DNA of 64,000 bases, taken from a virus. Shown piece by piece: positions 62,201-64,000 of this stretch. Position 1 is the first letter of the stretch. Every line of letters begins with the position of its first letter. The position numbers and the translations under genes were made by a program. The stretch lies in the UHGV virus genome UHGV-0020019; one strand, given 5' to 3'. Below the pieces are notes generated by a model that ran no database searches, was not told the DNA's origin, and saw only the letters and a program-made list of their open reading frames with translations.

Positions 62201-63984
62201 TATGATTCAGAATTAATGAATCTATAACTCTTAGTTCTCCATTCATATCCCCAGTTAGCATAACCTGTCATAGGCTCACCTACATGTGGAATAGGAGAGT
62301 CATAACCCAAAAGTTCTCTTACCTGATTATTGTAAGCAGTTACAGCCTTGTTGGTATAAGCTAGGATTCTAAAGTAATTAGGATTCTGCTTCAAGCCTTT
62401 AACATACTTATCAATAACTTCATTGATAGCATCTTGATGCTGAGGAGCAATATATGCAACACCCTCACCTTTACTATTGAATGATGATATCCTAGACAAA
62501 GGTTCTCCATTACGGATAGCTGTAGCTTCCTTAAGGATAGCATTGTCATCTGTTCTCTCTACTTGGGTAAGACGGATGACTTTACCTTCACCATTTCTAA
62601 AGACCTTAGAGATTTTATCCTCATTGACAGGAGCCAGCTGAGCTTCATCACCTACATAGATAATCTTAAGATCCATTTTCTTGGCAATATCATTAAGGAT
62701 TTTATAATTCTCCTCATTGATCATAGAAGCTTCATCGATAATAATGGTAGTTCCTGGCATGATGTCTACATCCTTCAAGACATTTACCAAGTTTCTAGCA
62801 TTATAAGATTTGCTTGAATCTACTTCTACATTGATACCAAACACCTTATTTAATGTAGATGCCTTGAAGCCAGCCTTAGATACTCTGTCATTAAGTACTG
62901 CTGCTGCCTTATTGGTTGTAGCACAGAACATCACAGGTCTATTCTGCTTCTGTCCTTTCTTAGCAATCATCTCCATAAGAGAAGTCTTACCAGTACCGGC
63001 ATAGCCACTAAGAGTCATAGATGTCTCATTGGACTTCATGAATCTATCCATCTCATTGAGAGCATCTATCTGCTGAGCATTTGGCTTGAATGGAGCTTTG
63101 ACAGTAGTACCATCTGCAAATGTAAAGTCTTGAGGCACAGCTTTTCCACTGTGTTTATTATCTTCTGGTACATTGTTTACCAAATCATAATCAGCACTTT
63201 CCTGCTCAATAAGAGACAGCTCATCCTTAAGTTCCTTGCCAGATATAGTACTAACAAACTCACCTGTCTTTGCATAATCTGCAATGTTGTTGTTTGTCTT
63301 AGAGAATGTTCCTATATTATCTGTTGCTGACTTAATCTGATTAGGATTATGAACAACATATATAGTTTGATTCTCTTTCTTATTATCATCAAAACCAGTA
63401 AGGACTATACCATTTTCAGAACCCTTTCTTTTAGATGACTTATTTACTATCTCTCTATAAGAAGTTCCTTGCTTGTGCAAGTCTTCCTTAGTACCATGAA
63501 ACACTTCTAAGTTTTTTATGTTCAAGAACAATGATAACTTGGCTTTTCTACTAGTTAAGAAATTATCCTCACTACCAGGCACAACATTATCTGTGGTAAA
63601 GAATATGGCGTTCTTAGTACCACCTGTCTTTGAGAAGAAATTATCGAACTCTGTGCTAAACTCAGACAGATTTTCATTATCAGTATAATGATAGACAACC
63701 AAAGGTTCTCCATTTTCATCTACTACTTTAGAAACATCTGAAGAATATGCTGGAGTGTAATTAGCCTCAATATCTGATGATTTAATATTACCACTTAATT
63801 TAGCTGTATCTTTAATAACAGATATTTGAGAATCATTAGAATCCCCATAATTTTTCAACAAAGAGTCTTCTGTAATTTCAATTAATCTAGGAGAATACTC
63901 TTTTGTAATGACAGCTTCCTTATATTCTTTATTACCTACATTGAATGTATTTCCATTGGTAGAAATAAATTCAGTTTGAGGCAT
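53266..63984 (-). CDS. giant multidomain (polyvalent-type) protein, 3572 aa: SF1B helicase domain, possible ADP-ribosyltransferase-like module, and RNA-polymerase-like DxDxD (DPBB) region
   Basis: Uninterrupted 10.7-kb ORF. Helicase motifs: Walker A 'GYAGTGKT', Walker B 'IIIDEASM', motif III 'IIYVGDEAQLAPV', motif V 'TIHKSQGSTF', motif VI 'YVGVSRATD'. Later 'SYRIPTEDKYSCAPMKVVGF..GDAIMLPYELTEIDDSDFDVD'. Size and architecture resemble the virion RNAP giants of crAss-like phages. Confidence 0.8.
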   Translation of the reverse strand: MPQTEFISTNGNTFNVGNKEYKEAVITKEYSPRLIEITEDSLLKNYGDSNDSQISVIKDTAKLSGNIKSSDIEANYTPAYSSDVSKVVDENGEPLVVYHYTDNENLSEFSTEFDNFFSKTGGTKNAIFFTTDNVVPGSEDNFLTSRKAKLSLFLNIKNLEVFHGTKEDLHKQGTSYREIVNKSSKRKGSENGIVLTGFDDNKKENQTIYVVHNPNQIKSATDNIGTFSKTNNNIADYAKTGEFVSTISGKELKDELSLIEQESADYDLVNNVPEDNKHSGKAVPQDFTFADGTTVKAPFKPNAQQIDALNEMDRFMKSNETSMTLSGYAGTGKTSLMEMIAKKGQKQNRPVMFCATTNKAAAVLNDRVSKAGFKASTLNKVFGINVEVDSSKSYNARNLVNVLKDVDIMPGTTIIIDEASMINEENYKILNDIAKKMDLKIIYVGDEAQLAPVNEDKISKVFRNGEGKVIRLTQVERTDDNAILKEATAIRNGEPLSRISSFNSKGEGVAYIAPQHQDAINEVIDKYVKGLKQNPNYFRILAYTNKAVTAYNNQVRELLGYDSPIPHVGEPMTGYANWGYEWRTKSYRFINSESYKVTQVGRPTTVQTRLDNGTPVVMQAVPITLEDSLGNIDTFNFMDIKNNAQNRQSAMILANEKKRLWNEARRAYGREAKAAVYAKINAIDSFLFVNDNIEDNSHNLLQAKTIDFGYALTIHKSQGSTFTHVLMDDVDVSRASMSDNNAANAMEMVDLGEETRNDAANAELKSSEEVDLGDLSDVDVEVKNTQPDQVANIKQQLEYVGVSRATDTVTIISNNVKKEGSPLHLDKNIKDNTISSSNSRSENKNSKENGTEEYKTTDEFRRVQEGSRKFSEKGVSSFQLRERELNDEDKERIGGILGGLLGANSNGSWHGVQSHLTHTNKDNSVGTFNVGRVDGKLFHDIFEMVRIYLPNGELVDLHDNYSNAKCFITEDGLCGFAIEPDGNLISVFSLSPSTNKGFLYAIKDMVKEEGATHLDAYMSAKQPLQAIYKKTLGFHTAATMDYNMEYDHDNIAKNHGNPQVVFMVDHEVAEPKHFDKDSYDAAQQYQLSQLSKEVDGLYSEDGKSPLTIYRGYALMEDREAKTLGETVGKTAVDYDETLKGALYFTSSEEEATDYAKSRTDKSPEPPTAEHPEGNRINRHYTGDYAKVSKFHILSTAKVEHYKDIRDYVKNGRNTTADVIVLDKGTMWADNTEYIVKNPDVIVFDDNKGTETEVTNPSFPEEQTQKVSLPGYEYFNDLYDETPVDATWKIPYLKELDAQLSMENSFEENQNIINQMDTVLQATSEKEYLQESKDSQKKEVETNLSEYDKLNKQIDNLLNGDKDLEELGASLSATEVRHTAELIVNSISDEITNLQKEEGLAKTLFPSLNTDLDFQSASRKQIVETVGLDRLIERTKTLFSPQVMDYEDTDTMMQAQLITDNWDAIMYLAADIFAMNEGFGITKDYSRGNFTTTEDSKVDFDNFNDYSNDQDIAAEEGEKDEQEHWQVESRTIDVLNSMSALVRLGLHQCYLLDAEGNKVYSKWGIAERVNPRESVNSILRWTQGALSLDDMIKRLSDKQKQNPWLSQLIERLSDKSGKETDFQSQFYGVFSKHFQLYSIVLLEDDKYYSMTVNSHPALSEAMKSISALFKIGEHPLFGNNGKINSKLLGSDQTTGKNSEFNLHKALTELREIDKAIKEGKTLDDTMSKTATDNILGISKSFGYNITEEMLTDVVNAENIKKITESLGYIVKDLDKALQSQNKGTLKEYDPFKFGTENSIGGSLRNLLTPITDKLEDTAVNAFYDSGKMYQSYITPSFMTKLMNKFRQEGQAFEDFIMDEYGSSEWFKFQNGDVDKGWRNEWLRILAKDENARKVFDHKVELNFNKHNYMRNMSDAEYTLSLITEYFAESTDNNTNMVPAWFRIPMQSNKPSSEFIKFYSYRGANYKDSIVYGLHNMFLQELSRIQTVRMRNMDKKDAGFIKNFDTNGRRFNFLPVLNNYLENTADKIAKRDILRNEDNTISSDNNRLASLLQKKVDGEVALTAEEEAELGKLADKVIRQHMEDRVQSILNNWENNGILEAAKSIKGIYPSELKDEEATDWVRKQVENYLWNDAFASKNILQLTLTDIAFYKDTEDLQKRLAQLHAPGVRGNIYATDYNGNRVSDGKYRTFILQDFDSFKSNIIANIAEVFDRRIAAAPENQKAQMMALKESLVGKDGKYTKINVTDAQGYSSPSSYRKKAFIFGRWSKQAEDIYQKLQKGEYNYTDLETAFQPLKPFVYSKLTKDMGVANAPIHSMEVPFQAKNAEYLLIMADAILKGEKLSRPNLLRAVYRVMEDSEKLNPTKGIDTVQFESAIKSGLQGKMNIFQFRDMEGGEEAAYTYMKNQIFKEETDATGERVYRNYNTETFVHEASYEDYCLQQEVPEHFKEHSQAHGSQIRMITPSDLDLYTTDENGNQVDNYYEWTEPDGTHRKVKADEFRKEYEKTIAANIEESINNLAAELHFNSEDKKEQNIALSKILQREIMSSPRYGIDLLQACSIDKETGEFRIPKGDPIQAKRIEQLINSIIKNRVNKQKIAGGPIVQVSNFGMSTQLHIRFNDKQGNLMPLEEEYNASEHDNLSYKEYLKRNQGGIAYFEVFAPIWSNELFDKFSNADGTINVDAINAVDPELLKMVSYRIPTEDKYSCAPMKVVGFMPREAGDAIMLPYELTEIDDSDFDVDKRYVMRKDIPIKTRKKNEIEKELFNITTESYKKAHDGKTNNTWVGEQVRMFLDNPQKMKSADKFMQWLYGKYQQVAYYTDAPTSGRTYRDNKIIDMTYAVLTNQMTADKILNPGGFDAPKKMGYMVAAYKNPANKGIKWSDLQKMSIDELKDLSYTDKDLTFADTQVQFYKQNSAAASLIGVFAVNKVAHATLESNDIFLDVSEICGENPFTIAGTTFGERMQVDMKYDRDGNLIGKTLGSLVSASADAVKDPILNLMNINMTTAGMLNTMLRLGMTFEDAALFLSQDIIERTLNKFNRENLTNYESLSNIIEKWLTEYREKNNINDDSLINTEELTTEELVEGLTSEEHEATDYKVLLAFQKMRSLTDAMRKPTYATRFNSISSAVGPLIVDNLIIEHKMSQFIDVNTENGTHFYTVDSMPVDIDDIFFDHPVLKQFARTVDIAKAIFSDMPTGSNGFRKLLANLPADIADKMYNDKKLLDQFSNFYQSYLLIQSGLINPKHLKSYATEFPKWFMEQKFKEKYSDNALIQAIRMNVSKKTGRPYLMINITGMDEQKKEELRSAWIDLHKEDPELSQMLFNYSFFRAGIGFSPKTFMSLVPTYVKEKLKSKNGNATYVDTYRNFPEVIPDLVIDQFIRNNWENNKLVPRKGGKDTHYNVDVKHNRLTVYRPEDIADLAGISYMKTKVNNNTYLWHLTSDKGEELVFELIKPLGNNGEYLEMSTLDIKDPLSDTTKTTEDNSASDLKTESPQESNVKGTSNSQVITKTEEIKNLAAFADLIMKQVSTLSKEEALQKAESIKGREKVFGKFLQNVFKQKGLDLSIDEAINEFKKYC
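55765..55917 (-). other. candidate RNAP catalytic double-psi-beta-barrel segment with DFDVD motif (aa 2690-2740 of the 3572-aa protein)
   Basis: 'YRIPTEDKYSCAPMKVVGFMPREAGDAIMLPYELTEIDDSDFDVDKRY' parallels beta-prime 'RQPSLH...AYNADFDGD' and QDE-1 'RSPAH...SGGDYDGD'. I checked the DFDVD codons on the DNA at 55771-55785. Confidence 0.45.
60235..60687 (-). other. possible R-S-E ADP-ribosyltransferase-like module (aa ~1100-1250 of the 3572-aa protein)
   Basis: 'LTIYRGYAL' (Arg motif as in the 'VYRR' of C3-like toxins) at aa 1108-1111. 'ALYFTSSEEE' (S-T-S-like) at aa 1143-1147, about 35 aa later. Candidate acidic motifs 'AEHPE' and 'NTEYIV' follow. The Glu motif is not canonical. Confidence 0.25.
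61540..63072 (-). other. SF1B (RecD/Pif1/Dda-like) helicase domain within the 3572-aa protein (aa ~305-815)
   Basis: All core motifs are present in the canonical order. A ~75-aa acidic insertion ('DVDVSRASMSDNNAANAMEMVDLGEETRNDAANAELKSSEEVDLGDLSDVDVEV') sits between motifs V and VI. I checked the DNA for Walker A at 62983-63006. Confidence 0.8.
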
Positions 63985-64000
63985 ATCATATATATAAGGT

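Noticed and set aside
1-64000. tRNA genes, CRISPR arrays, rRNA, integrase or transposase
   Set aside because: I scanned the intergenic regions (30848-31066, 38420-38709 and 8446-8791 in particular) for cloverleaf-like sequences and spaced direct repeats and found none. No ORF showed integrase or transposase motifs. The only mobile-type gene is the HNH endonuclease.

Overview
The window is 64 kb of AT-rich DNA (roughly one-third GC) and appears to be part of a tailed dsDNA phage genome rather than bacterial chromosome. Coding density is very high. I found no rRNA, tRNA, CRISPR array, integrase or transposase.

Strand layout:
- (+) 275-30847: small early/middle-type genes (Zn-ribbon protein, HU/IHF-like protein, GroES-like co-chaperonin), then a morphogenesis operon with a large terminase (TerL, 747 aa, Walker A 'SRGKGKT'), an acidic scaffold-like protein, a probable major capsid protein, an inserted HNH/NUMOD4 homing endonuclease, small structural/connector genes, a 1607-aa tail protein, a 1131-aa Gly/Gln-rich protein, and a mosaic tail-fibre cluster with repeated 'GLMSAADK..LDGIA.GANKT..STNPVQNK' attachment motifs.
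- (-) 31067-38419: a 2450-aa giant protein.
- (+) 38710-47050: a 4-TM membrane protein, an Xis/AlpA-type HTH regulator, hypotheticals, a probable portal (805 aa), a lipoprotein and a tandem GH24-lysozyme-like protein.
- 47132-49346: a small mixed-strand accessory island.
- (-) 49366-63984: two tightly coupled giant genes of 1298 and 3572 aa.

The 3572-aa protein is the most unusual object in the window. It carries a textbook SF1B (RecD/Pif1/Dda-like) helicase core, a possible R-S-E ADP-ribosyltransferase-like triad, and an 'R-I-P-T ... DFDVD' motif resembling the catalytic DxDxD of double-psi-beta-barrel RNA polymerases (crAss-like virion RNAP / QDE-1-like). Together these suggest a virion-packaged, injected polyvalent protein.

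Several things point to a crAss-like (Crassvirales-like) podophage of a Bacteroidota host, as an inference only:
- three giant ORFs,
- an ~750-aa TerL and an ~800-aa portal,
- recurring Bacteroidetes-type 'TAnnTTTG' (-7) promoter motifs, often followed by 'CAATAAA'.

Other notable items:
- a paralog pair (25637-26479 on the - strand and 48349-49131 on the + strand) sharing a ~90-aa C-terminal domain;
- a GC-richer, apparently horizontally exchanged fibre module (26642-28535);
- a 12-aa C-terminal tag shared by two otherwise unrelated fibre-region proteins;
- a structured GC-elevated non-coding region beside the HNH gene;
- strong bidirectional terminators at convergent gene junctions.

Caveat: I read the raw sequence by eye. 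At least two places showed a local 1-nt disagreement between my reading and the supplied ORF track. I treat the track as authoritative, so motif coordinates may be off by about 1 nt.
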